Shown here: in pieces, positions 51,392 to 64,000 of the stretch
Layout of the letters: the number at the start of each line of letters is the position of its first letter
Numbering within the stretch: the first letter of the stretch is position 1
Assembly: GCA_030704615.1 (NCBI GenBank)
Contig: CM060731.1
Location: forward strand, 44,702,001-44,766,000
Origin: Takakia lepidozioides
Lineage: Eukaryota > Plantae > Bryophyta
Length of the DNA stretch: 64,000 nucleotides
Direction: 5' to 3'
Notes under the pieces: generated by a model
The model's input: the letters and a program-made list of their open reading frames with translations, nothing else
The model's database searches: none
What the model was told of the DNA's origin: nothing
Translations under genes and position numbers: made by a program

Positions 51392-54300
51392 AAAATAAAA
51401 GGAGGAAAAGCCTTGTTTTGTTTCTGCGTGCGTAAGTTCCTGGCTGCGGGGCGCCGCATGACGGAAGCAACGACAAATTGTGGGAAACCGTATGGTGTAA
51501 CTTACAAACTCCTGACGGAATGCTTCCGCGCTAGTAATTACTGGACGGCGAACAATTCGTCCTCATCCAGGAATATGCTTCCGTCATCCATCCTGGGCCA
51601 CGGTCAAGCCGCGTGGCCTAGCCAGAGGCGGCGCACAGGCCGTTGGCCGCGGCCGCGTGCCCCTGTGCTCGGTAATTCCACTGCTGTATGTGGATACGTA
51701 CAGACCGCGTAGGTAGGTACTATACCCGTAAATAGGTGTAGAGACTTGCTGTAGGTGTAATCACTTTTTATTAGTCCACATTCTTACTGTATGTTAGATA
51801 TTTTCTAGATGCAGTCAGATTTTCTATTCACTGGACGTTAAGAAAACTTTATCTTTTATCATTCAAACGCTTTGTTTTTACTGTCAAAGCGCTTACTTGG
51901 AATGTGTAGACTTGGCGGTGGCCGGAACGCGCATTTCGGCATGGGAAGTTGTCGACGACGCTGTTGTGCACGTAAATCAGCTGACTGCAAGCTGTTTGTA
52001 ATGGTCTTCGACCGGCACCTTTACACCATTAATAAGAGTAAAATAACTGAGCTGCTTGACAATTATGATAATAATACTACTCAATTATTCTATGTAAGTA
52101 ATAATTTGATAAGACTACACCCATCATTAGGAAGGCAGTAAAAGCAATGGAATTTGTTTTCATGGATAAATAAGTCATGCAATGGTGTTAATAAAGAAGA
52201 GCTGGTCGTGAATTTTGGGCTGTAAAGTGTAAAGTACCCAGTTAGTAATACCGATAAGTGATTTTAGTAGGACTTTGATTAAGAAACCCACGTACCATTT
52301 CCGTTCTCAAAACTTGGGCGGCTGTATACTTTCCAAGGTTCTTTATCCTTTCCTTTGCGAATGTTTGTGAATGTTTTCTTTAATAGTAGAGTTATCCGTA
52401 AGGAGGGGATGGAGTAGGCCACTCTTTGGCCAAAAGACAAGCTGAAGTGCAATAAATGTCAAAAGAGCATGCGAGCAAAGTACAAGGGAAAAAGAGAGAG
52501 AGAAATGAGTGTAAATAGCGTTTCATCTTGTATTTGGTTTTTGGCATTTCTCTCCGGGTACATGGCGTAACATACGAAGCAGGGCGGGCAAGGAGGGCTA
52601 GGGCGTGGGCGCCGGTGTCCCTAGCTTTCCTCTTTTGGTACCGGGCTGCTAGACTTAGCAGATACGTGCAAAGTGCCCACATGAGGCTTTGTGGGGATGT
52701 ATCCAAGGGCGGAAGGGAGGGCGACTTAACGGATAACTTTACTAAGTGTGAAAATAATGTAACTTGAGAGTTTTTTTCTAGGGGCTCATGTATCTACTTT
52801 GCAGATTACCTTTGCCTATAAAGATGAGATAAATACTTTGGGATGAACCTTCCATGCCTTCTTCAAGAACCTGGAGGATGAACCCACTGATATTGGATGA
52901 GAAATGATGTGATTGAGCTTGTGAGTAAGCCCTTCACTTCAGGATGTGATTGACATCATCTTTGAGAACAGCTCCTGGTGGGGCCCCCAAAAAGTCATCA
53001 CATGATCTGTTTGTGGGTCTGGTTTATATTCTTTTCTTTGGGAATGCACACATGAGCACACCTCATAGTCAAAAATAAAAAGTCTATGTGGGGAAGTTAC
53101 CTCTACACTTGCAGTTGTAGACTCTAATTTTCATTTTGGGCTTTGTCAAAACTGTGAGCAGACTGGAAGGGGAATCGGTGTTAATTGCATGAATGTCCTC
53201 AGTTTGCCATGCATTGGCAGAATGTTGTGATAAGGAGCCCTAATGCAGGAGGCCTTTCACTCTGTTCACAAGAGGGGCTGGACCACAAGAAGAAGTCTGA
53301 GCCAGATTCAAAGGGGTCCACCACTGGATCTTTCAGGAAAAAGATGGTAACACCAAGGGCCTGGGGGAGTGTAAGAGTGATGTAAGCCATGGCTTCTTGC
53401 GCTTTCAAAGACAAAAGAACGCGCTTCCCCCTCTGAACTTACCACACACCCTCTTGTCGTTTGGGATCATACTCATGGGCATACTGTTCTTGTGAATGGA
53501 TAGTATTGTTATACACACAATAGGCGAGTCCAGTTGTAGTAACTGTGGATGTAGGAGTCCTTTGGTTGTCTCAGAGGGTGGGTGCATTCTGAGAACACTT
53601 AACAAGATGCCTTCAGATGCCACCTCCATCCGATCGTTGGAGGATGGAAACCTCTTTTAACTCAAATGTAGAGGAGGTAAGTATGTAAGTTGATCACTGC
53701 ATCTTCCAGCTTCATGTCAAGGAATGCAGCTGGTGGGTTGAGCCCACACGTGACTAGCAAGCGTCCATTGTGGCGGACACTTTCTGGAGAATCTGAGCGA
53801 AACAGCTCGGAGCTCACAGCTCCGCGACTCAGCAGCTGCTGTATGAGAAGGAAGCTCTCAACTGCACCTTGCAAAAAACAGGGTCAACCTGCACCAAATG
53901 CGAGACATGGTCCTGACTGGGCCCACGGTTGACCATGCATGGCGGCCATAGCTGGCTTGTGGTGAGCTTGCAACGTGTCTAAAGCAACAACGCAGCGCCG
54001 AGTCTGCGTAAGAAACGCAGTGAAGCTCGAGCCCTCGCGGAGCTTCCTCCGTCCTTCACCTTCAGGCAGGGCCCACAAAATGCATCACCTAAAATTTTAC
54101 TTTCATGGTGATCATCCAAAATGGTATTGCAGGATTTGAAAAAACTCTTTACATGCTGGCAATCTCAACCGTAACCGGTGTCTTCAAGCAAGCGATACAC
54201 TTACGAAGATTTCCTCACAGTGATGATTCGATTCGAAGATGAGTTGTGCAAATTGGAGTGGAGAAAATGCCCATAGCTATTACTTCCACAAAGACTAGTC

Positions 54301-57300
54301 ACGTGATGCAAACCTTGATTGGGAATACGAGCATCAAATTTTTCCAAAGACCCACTGGTCATATACTATTTATAACATCATTTTGTGTTGTACTGACCAG
54401 TAAAATGTGACGTGGGCATCGGGATTAAGGCCACCCACAAGTGATTATAGGGACAGATCGCATTCTTGGCACGGGAGCTAAATTAAGCAACAAGCCAACA
54501 GCAAGATGGTGGTATTATACTGGGCACCTTCTTGCACCCACATACGCAAATAAACACCTGCCAACATGCAGCACTGCTCAACACTAGTGCGAACTTGCGA
54601 AGCTCCAAAAGCATGTCAATTCTTGCTTTTGTCCATCACTTCAAATCCCCCGTTCGCCAAGTGCCTCGAGGCGAGAGGTGTGGGCATGGCCGCGTTATAT
54701 TTCTATTTCTCACAATGATGATGACTCGACGATTGCTGCCGTATGCCGGCGCTTTTTACTGAGCCGGCAAATGTTCGCCCACGTTATTTCTTCTCGACCT
54801 TTCACGCCACCTTTCACACATAAGAAGAAGTCTAAGAAATGATGCCAGCAATGTGATGTGTTCGCCGTGCGGGTGTGTCAGCTGAAATTGAAGAGTAGCT
54901 GGAGAGCTGATTGGGTATGGGAACGGGTGCCATCCCCGTTGAGCTCCAACTAAGCATCTGGCTATGGTGTTAGTTGCTTGCAGCTTTAACCTCAGCTTCT
55001 GGACACTGGAGCCAGAGCTGAGTCCTGGCAGAACTGTAAGAAAAGAGAAGGAGAAAATGGGCAAAATATATGAAAAAAATTGTTTATGTTAGGGTAGATT
55101 AGGATTCTATATCAATCATGATGGTACCAAAAGATTGTGAAACTGGTCACTGAAGTACGAAGAATTAGGTGTAAATTAGTTAGAGGTTGGAGTTGAACTG
55201 TGGAACCAGTCAAGGTGTACACCCACTGGGTGTGTACAACAAGTTGCTGTTTCAGCTTAGATCAGCTCCGGTGGAGGTATTAGATTGGAGACCAGTACGT
55301 TGGATAACGAAGGCATGATGTCATGTGCACTGGTGGAATTTGCAATTGTGTTATTTGTTGTATTGCGGTGTGTTATTATCTGTTTGCAAATGCTTTCATA
55401 GATGGTTGGACAACAGTGGCTTGAAGATTATCCTCTTTATATTAGGCCAGGATTTGCGCAACAGAAAGCTCTCACAAAGTTGCCTAGCTGACACCCACCG
55501 AAATCTACGAACATAGATTATACTGGTGGCCCTGCGCATTGCTGGGTCTGCACATCAGGGCCCACGGGCTAAATGTTGGTGCCTGATTGCAAGCTTGAAT
55601 GTCATTAGTGCTTGTCACTTTTTCTCCTGCTCTGCTCCGCAGTTCAGCCAGTTTTTTGTGGAGATCAGCTGGGTCACACACTTGGAAGTCTGTAGGTAAT
55701 TGTCATGTCGCCCCCACATAATGTTTCTAGGGCTCCCGATCTATGAAGTCACTAACCCTGACTCGATACTCGAGCCCTGTCAATTTTCTTCCGCTCTTTC
55801 TGAGGAGCGTGCAAGACTTTGGAAATCATCTCCCATATTTCGAATTCTGTGACTGATCTCACAGCAATTTGCATTGGAGTATTAACCTGTTACGTTGCTC
55901 GCTGCGCAATCACATATACAGGATGGCCTGCTACAGGTCATTTGTAACGTCCATGGCATTGAAGTCACCGAGAAAGCTAGGTGTACTCACTAAGTGTCAT
56001 GTGTTGCAAGCGGACATTGCAGAAGCAAAGCTCACTTGTGCATCATCGCGGAAGCCGCTCAGCGCAGACTGCTGTTGCTGGCAGTCAGGTGTGGTCGCAA
56101 ACGCCGGTTCCAAGCCTTGCTGCTCCTCCCCGTCTTCGCAGAAAGGGGGAGGGGGGGTTGTGTGCAACGGCTCGGAGACCCGCATCTCGAAGAAGCCACA
56201 TGATAGGAAATGGCAGGCTTTGACGCCCCGCGCCATGTCGTCCGGAAAAGGCTGTTGGACACAGTCGGACTGTCAGGTCAGGGGAGGCCCCCGTTCCAAG
56301 GGAACACAGGCCATGCTAGTTCCATAACTTGGGGTCTCCGACCGGACCTTCAGGTGCCGGCTCTTGGACGATGTAGATGGCAGGTTTTGAGTTTCGACGC
56401 CCGGGTTCCATGACATCCATCCATTGAGCTCCAGCGACGAGCGGTCTCCTGTGCTACTTTACTCCTATTACTTAGCTCAAGCTTCTACTCCTACTTACTA
56501 CTGCTATTGAGCTAGATAGAAACTAGCCTTACAAAATTTTACAAAAAAGATTTATAGAGTCATGATCTCTGAAGAAATTGCCCTCCCTCCTCACAAGCTG
56601 GTCCGCGTGTGTAAGACGAAACTCCAAGGCTTTCTTTGCTTGGGTGAAAAATAGCCTCGGTTGAACCATTGTGAGCATTAGGGTGTTACAATTCACCACA
56701 ACATCCGATGTCACAGTAAGGTAAAGAAAGTTGGTCTATAGATACATCTTGAATTCCAAATTTATTGCCCTCCCATCTTTTCCTCCATCATGGTAGTCAC
56801 CATTTCTACAATCATACATTCTTGAAGTACTAAGTATTTTTTCGGGAAGTTCATCTTGTCCAAAACGACTTCTCCAAAACAACGCGACTGCTAGCAAATC
56901 AGCCTAGATATTCCTTGCAACATATAATGAAAACTGAAATGCGAAGATACAAAAGGAGAATTATCTTATGTGTAAATCGGATTGAACTTTTGACGACAAT
57001 GTAGATAAGATGCTGCAGATCTTGTAATTTTCCATGATGCGAAGTTGCCATTTAATCTTGAGAGCTTGCCGACTATGTCCAAATCAACTTCACACGACAT
57101 GTACAACAACTACGCTCAGGACTAATTGCAATTGCAATTGCATCGAGAAATATAATAATATCTAAAACTGGTGCATAGCAAATCCAATATATTATTGTCT
57201 GGCCCTTAATTCAAATCTAGTGACCATCTGCGCGACTGCTTCAATCCCTAGGACTCTGCCCGTGGCTTCTCCAACTCTTTTAGGTTTGCTCTCATATTAC

Positions 57301-59309
57301 TGAGGGGTTTCCTGCTTAGAAAATTACCAGAAAATAGGGATAGAGGTAAATAAATTACTAGAAAATAGTCGAGGGCTCTAGAAATTAGCAGGGAAGTGGG
57401 ATATTGTCTAGGTTAAGAGTTTTCATTCTAGGCTAGGGTATGCTCTCCCCTTCGGATAGTGGGAATGTAGGCGTCCCCTTTGCACACATGTGCGATCCGG
57501 GGAAGCTTGATTGTGAAGCAACCCAGACCTAAGCAGCTTGTCCCTAACGCTTTTCCAGTCCTCCGGAAACCGTCAGGCGGAGAGAACGTGCCGGGGATGC
57601 TAATAGCTCCGGGATGAAGCTACGTTAACGCTAATAAAGAAGTCTTGGAAGGCAATTAGCTAGGAGTAGATTCCGTAGGAGACACGAACGAATTTTGCCC
57701 TGCGAGCGTAGGAATTGGACCTGCGTTTGCTGGTAGTTTAGGATAGCTGGAGGAGTTCTCTCCATCGACCATTGACCCTCCGCCAAGCTTAGCGACACAC
57801 TTCATGGGTGGGCGGTTCTTGAGCCCAACCCACCTCGTCGCCGGACTCCAGGCCCCGGATTGATGTTCGTATTTTTCCCCTTTGCAGTAAGCGCGCGTGG
57901 CGAGGCTCGTCAGTCAACATCGGACAGTCACAGAGTACGTTACCCATCATTTCAAACAGGCTGGTGTTCAAATCTCCGTAGGTACTCATAAGTCAACACC
58001 AACAGCTCTCGATTGCTGAAGCGTGTTTTGTTGGAACCGTCTCATTGCGCCCTCCATGTGGCAAGGGCCTCCCCCTTCACGTGTGCGCCGTCTGATTTTG
58101 GGAGCTGTTGTCGTTAAGAAACGAACTAGGTAACGCGTGATCAGGCAACACTGTGATCTAAGATTTATATCGATCTTGGCAACTATAAGGTGCACACCCT
58201 AGGCAGGCTCGCCTGTCAACTACCGAATAAGCACAGGTTGGTCCACTGCGCCTCATGTTTCTCCAATCTCCATATCAACATGTTTTCAAGGACTGCACAT
58301 TTCCCACAACATTCTCTTGGCACTCATTAATCCATGGTGTTCACTTTACACCACTCTATAACTGCCGATATTTTGTTGTTGTTGAGGATCAATGTACAAA
58401 GTAAGTTTGGTCTTCTTTTCCATTAACACTATTTTAATTAATTTTGGATTTTTGGCTTAAATCCGGACTAAACTTAATATATTTTTGCATTAAAATTAAT
58501 TGAAATATTAATAATATCATGGTAAATGTGTGATTGAACTTTGTGAAACAGGTGATGTCATACTTGTTTCAAAATATGTCATATAAGAGGTCCATTTGAC
58601 ATTGAAGTGCTCAATGTGAAGTAGCAGTATTGAACAATTCATTGAACGTCCACTTGGAAGTCGAATAAAATAATATTCCATTACAGGATCACGATAAACA
58701 AATGGGTCGCATCGAACATGGGCCAGACTCCTACTCTACCATACTCGATAGAACTTGCTAGTAATTGATTGAATCTTCATATCAACAATATTCACATACC
58801 ACGCCATTGGAATGAATCATGTTTTGGATGTGACAAGGGCAGTAAAATATTAGAATAGCATGAAACATTCGGAAGAAGTACGGGGTAGTTAGGTTTGGGT
58901 GTATCTAGAGAAGTGTTAAGGTTTGGGTTTACAATAAGGGTAAGGGTTTAGGGTTTAGGGTACAAAAGGACAAACAAATATGATGGACTCACACTCGGTA
59001 GAATTAAGAAATGGTTGAGGAATTTGATATCCCTGTAATCATTCTATCATACCTTATCCAACAAAAGAAAATTAAAAAAGAGCATGAAACATTGAGAAGT
59101 AACATGTAGTACAATAAGGTTTGAGTGTAACTAGCGTAATACACTAAAGTTATTGGTTTATGATAAGATTAATGGTTTAGGGGTGATGGTGTAGGTAGGG
59201 TTGGATAAAGAATAAAAAATAAAATGGAGAAACAAATATTATGGAAGAGTCATTGGGCCAGAGAAGTATTTAGATTGAGGATTTGTCCTTAGAACTTGGT
59301 ATTAAGATA

Positions 59310-60125
59310 CATATGGTTATGGTATGGATACTTCATTCCCATTTGCAGGGGAAGGATAAGGGTTTAGACGTAACAATGACGTAGGGTTTTGTTTAGGGTT
59401 CCCGACGAGGGTTTAGGGTTTGGGTTGAAGGCAGAAATGGCGAGCATACATGCCGGAAGACTCGCACGCGCTACAACTTAGTGTTGTTAGTAAGGTAGTA
59501 AACAAAATAAAAATGAAGAACCTAATATTATGGAAGTGTAGTCATTGCATCGGACAAGTATTTAAATGAAAGACTCGGAACCTGGTATTAAAATACATAG
59601 AAAACAAACTTCGATAAAAAAGGTAAGTGCATGTCAATCCAAACCAAAGGCAAAACCTTGCGCAAGGTGAAGGGCGAAGAGATTTGAATAACCATAATAG
59701 TTATGGTTATGGTATGGATACTTCATTCCCATTTGTAGGGGAAGGGTAAGGGTTTAGACGTAACAATAACATAGGGTTTTGTTTAGGGGTTTAGGGTTTG
59801 GGTTGAAGGCAGAAATGGTGAGCATACATGCCGGAAGACTTGCACTCGCTACAGCTTAGTGTTGTTAGTAAGGTAGTAAACAAAATAAAAATGAAGAACC
59901 TAATATTATGGACAAGTACTTAAATGAAAGACTCGTCGTTGGAACCTGGTATTAAGATGTAACATAGAAAGCAAACTGTAACATGTCTAAATGCATGTCA
60001 ATCCAAAACAAAGGAAAAAGCTAGCGCAAATGTGAAGGGAGAAGACATTTCAATAACCATAATGGTTATGGTTATGGTATGAATAGTTCATGGGCCATTT
60101 GCAAAAAAGGGTAAGGGTTAGGGTA
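59310..60125 (+). repeat. Degenerate tandem repeat, ~365-390 bp unit, with TTTAGGG-like motifs
   Basis: 'ATGGTTATGGTATG.ATA.TTCAT' recurs at ~59313, ~59703 and ~60068; units 1 and 2 are nearly colinear. Confidence 0.85.
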
Positions 60126-60196
60126 ATGCTAACATAAAAAACAAGGTACTATAAAAAAAGGTATGTCAATCCTAAATCCTAAATTGCCAAAAAATT

Positions 60197-60227
<31 letters not shown>

Positions 60228-60916
60228 CACCCTATGAGATTTGGAAAGAAAATGGCGTTATATAACGACTTTTGGGAAGCGCCTGGTTCTCATGGGAGAA
60301 AATGGATCTGAAGAAAACATGATAGAGGATAAAAAGTCAGACCACCAAATAAAAACTAAGAAAAATGAAAATTGCTTAAAATTTGAACAATGGAAAAGGA
60401 CATGTGAAATTCTTTTTTAAACCAAGGCCAAAGATGAGAAGTATGAAAATGAAATGAAATGAAAATTTGGTGCAAAAAAGTCGTAGAGCTTAGAGGGAAA
60501 ATGGAGGAAAACCTCAGAGAAAAAACTTTAGGACTGGCAAATTGAAAAGTATGTCAACAACGATTGAGTAAGGCTCCTCCTAGTGGGAGACTTCAGTGGG
60601 AGAATTGGTTATGCGAAAAGCAAGTCCAATGTTTCAGAGAATGACTGGAAATGGGCTATTTTCTTTCGTTGTTAAAAACCTCTTTGACCGAATTTGAAGA
60701 CTCCAGTGGTCGTACCCGCCATTTTTGTTCTTGTGATCTATATGTTATGTAGGCGAAACTCCCCCACAGGGTTTTCTTTGTTGATGAATTCTTTTATCTG
60801 TCAGCTACGAGCGTATGAAGTGGTGAACCTCCACTGGACAGTGGAGGTTAATGTCCTAGGAGTTTTGTATGGTTGTTATGATATGTGTCTAACGACAGAG
60901 GTGGTCTGTTCTGTAG

Positions 60917-62190
60917 TCAGCAACATCACCCCCAGGGATTGTATTGTTGGAATGTGCAAACCTATCTGTGGTTCATTTGTTTCTCGAAAATCTCCGAATT
61001 TCAAGAATGATCACCTGGCAATTTTTGAGCTCAACCTGGAAATCGCAGAATGGGGCATTGTCCCCGTTGGAACACCTCCGGACCATAAGTTCCGGTTCCA
61101 CTACAAGATTGGTGCAGAGGACGCCGAGCTCAAATATGCAGATGTGGTCGACGTAGAGCTGGAGATGGAGGTGGAATTTCCGATGCTGGTAATGTTCATG
61201 ATGGAAGATGGTAAATTTCCTAGAACGTTTGGCTTCAAACTGGAGGTACGAATTCTAAGGAAGGCCATGATGAGAGAGTCCATTCGGGCGGGGTTCACAT
61301 ATTGCGACGAGGGTACTCAATTTACAGATGAAGGTTTTTGCATGGCTTGGGGTATTTTCTTGGATGTGCTTTACTTAAAGGGTAAGGAGATTGCAAAGAC
61401 GCGGGAAGAGGAGGCTGTGAGAGCGCGGCCAAAGAAGGGAAAATGGAAATCCATTGACGCCGGTGGTGATGAGAATGAAGTCGGGACATCAGGGGGAAAG
61501 AAGAAACAAAAGGAGGAGATGGATCCCGCTTTCATGACATATAACAAGATACCCAAGGCTGCAGACATATTCGACAAAGAGAAGTGTGAGAAGATGCAGG
61601 AGAGGCTGGAGCAAGACTACAATGACATGTTTCCTTTTGGGTTTGAGGCGACCCAGGATGTCAAAGTTTTCATGATGGAGCTTGCTCCCAGGGATATGGT
61701 GTACTGGCCCCTAAATGTGAAGCACAAAGACGAAGTCAAAGCGCGACTTTACCAGCTCCGAGTGTTTGACTCCAAACATTCCCGCAAACCCCACAATGGA
61801 AGTTTCTAGTTCGAAACCTCGAAACTGGAAGGAGGTGGAAATTCCAGATTCTTCATCATCGGTGGACAACACACGATCATTGCTGCCAAGGTAAATTTCT
61901 CAACAAATTCCAATTTTTGTAACAACATGAACCTCCACTGGACAGTGGAGGTTCATGAACTTTAAACAACATGCTTGTTAGGTCGATATCATTTCTAACC
62001 TTATTCAATTCTGTCGCAGAAACTTGTGCAAGACGTGGACGACGACAATCTTAAGAAGTACTACACTAACTAGCCCTCAAAGATTATATGGTCAAAGGAT
62101 GTGATGAGGCTCGTGAAGCTATCTAAGCTCCTAAACGACCCGAATAAGGCGCAAAAATTTAACACAACATTTCCCGAGAAAGTTGCACAT
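60917..62190 (+). pseudogene. Spliced gene relic with a ParB/Srx-like motif, probably TE-borne
   Basis: Long open exon to ~61800 ending 'MELAPRDMVYWPLNVKHKDEVKARL', a frameshift, 'RFFIIGGQHTIIAAK', a GT-AG intron (61891-62019), then an exon with an in-frame stop. Confidence 0.5.
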
Positions 62191-62715
62191 CCCTAAATGA
62201 TTCATTGTGTTTTCTGTTCCTTTTGCTAAAGAACCAAATTATTTTCAAGCTCGGATTTAATGTGACGACGGACCGACGCATTACGAAGCAAGAGACACTA
62301 CAAAAGGAGCTTCAAAAGGGAGGGTGTTACAATGAACGAGCGGGATGGTTTAAAATTCATTAATTCGACATGATGAGGTCTTTTGTAATGTGTCTTGTTT
62401 GGTAATGAGGTGCTTGTCCAGCTCTTCTTTTCCCAATCTATTTATGTTCTCCACCTGGAACAGTTCCTCAAATGTGCCGCAAAAATACTTGAAAAACTTC
62501 ATATGATCATGAAAATGTGATGTGGCGGAGAACGTTTCCAAAAGTTTTCAAGGTCATTGGGTTTTTCAACTATTTTCTAGGCACAATATTGGAACTGTTC
62601 TTGGTGGAGAACATGAGCAGATTGGACAAATTTGACTTGGAGGAGCACCGCATTCCGAAGCATGAGATACTACAGAAAGAGCTTCAAATTACAAGGCACA
62701 AGAAGATGGACGGAG

Positions 62716-64000
62716 TGTCGCGCACCTCACTTCGGTAAGCTCCCCTTCAAGTCATAGTTACTCGCTTTGATGCGCGCGCCTGACTCCCAACCTGGCCACC
62801 CCGGCCAACTTGGAGCTTCGGCTGCTCACCGGGACATAACGGTCCCCCCCTTCGCTTCCCTCTAAACCCTCCACCTAATTGGGACTAGGAGAATTCTTTG
62901 GTATGGCAGTCCGGAACAGCTCCCCACTCTTGGTCGCTTTCCTTTCTCGCTCGCTTACTCACTAGTTTTAGTCACCAACGGGCTTGCACCGTTCTCGGGG
63001 TTACTACTCCCTATATATACTTCTGTAGCTGTCCGCGGGGGTTCCACAACCAGCCATGCCATTTTATGGCGAACCACCACGAAAACCCTCGACTCCCGGT
63101 GATGAGTCGCGGTGAGTCTTGGCCCGCTCACCACGGCCCCTATGGACCGTGATGAGTCCCAAGACTCCCCACGACTCCCACCACGAGGTCTCCGCCCCCT
63201 TGGTGAGTCCTATGTCACCCCCACTAAGTCCCACTAAGCTACCACCACCCCTTGTGGAGCCACCCCCACCGCAACCCGGTGTGCGGGGCTCCACCTAGTG
63301 AGCGCCTCCGCTTCCCTGAGTGCCTTGGGCACTCAAGGGTGCTTCAGCCCCCCATACCTATCGCTGGCTGCCGCTGCCCCCACCACAGGGGCAGCCCCTC
63401 ATGTGTCCCCCGACCCCCTGCCCTCAAGGCAAAGGGCCGCGACACACACCCCTACCAACAGGGAGTCGATGTCCTCATCGACTTGTCCATTTTGTAGAAA
63501 CGAACATCCAAGTTGTGGCGTCCCACATCAAGGAGTTTGTTTCCACCCCATGGCATCCCATGGCAAAGAACCAAACCCCACACTTGACTCTACTCTCCAC
63601 TAGCTAGTTCGGCCGACTTCCTTCAAGTCTCGGCCAAGGGTGGAGCCTCTCCAGCTCCACCCAGTGCACTCTTCTTGGCCTACTTCAAGGCCAAGGAACG
63701 ATCCTCCCCGAGGATCGAATCGCCTTACTGCAACAACATTGCTTGCGATCGCTCATGATGCCGCTTTTGGCATCACCTTGAGCAAGGGTTCACCTGGAAT
63801 CCTCTTTGACTAGAAGATAACCTTGAACCAACCGTGCGCCCCAATCACTACAATTGGGTCCGCCTTGGAATGTTGGCCTGAGGTACGGGAACATGCCGAA
63901 GCCGCACTACGACTTCGTCCCGAGGCTACACGATTATAGTACGTGAATGGAAGCACGTAGCTTCCGCGTTAGCCCGCACTACAAGGCAACCCCCTCGGTA
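62716..64000. mobile_element. Probable LTR (Gypsy-like) running off the window end
   Basis: Abrupt switch to GC-rich non-coding sequence starting TGTCGCGCACCTCAC, a TATA-like CCTATATATAC at ~63010 and short internal repeats. No second LTR or ORF is visible. Confidence 0.45.

Noticed and set aside
52800-53900. Possible decayed coding exons on the minus strand (also 46270-47140 and 56530-56900)
   Set aside because: Coding-like composition, but no family I can recognise and many stops.
58915-59800. Interstitial telomere
   Set aside because: Only one or two TTTAGGG units at a time, embedded in a larger tandem repeat.

Overview
Eukaryotic, transposon-rich land-plant genomic window. Spliceosomal introns, PLS-type PPR fragments and PUB genes point to a land plant; a non-seed lineage is my inference. 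Only two host genes look intact: a 4-exon UND/U-box/ARM E3 ligase (41402-37868) and a neighbouring intronless ARM-only paralog (48742-47804). The first 33 kb is a nest of mobile elements. (1) A non-LTR retrotransposon has an APE endonuclease piece (~14.7-16.1 kb) and a restriction-like endonuclease piece (~1.6-1.96 kb), i.e. Dualen/RandI-like architecture. (2) It is split by a CACTA element with divergent TnpA/TnpD genes and an FCP1/NIF domain. (3) That CACTA is itself interrupted by a same-family CACTA carrying PPR fragments. (4) There are two hAT-type elements with 8-bp TSDs, one carrying a UTP21/WDR36 exon. (5) There are two defective Copia elements, one scrambled by in-place inversions. 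The most striking observation is a ~80-nt structured RNA (three-way junction, GNRA and UUCG tetraloops, covarying stems). It forms the 3' end of the Dualen-like element and also occurs twice as a stand-alone, TSD-flanked insertion with the same 5' boundary inside a Copia element. Also present: a Crinkler-like SAM/P-loop pseudogene, tRNA-derived SINEs, a MITE and a ParB-like gene relic. All protein calls are by motif recognition; no searches were run.
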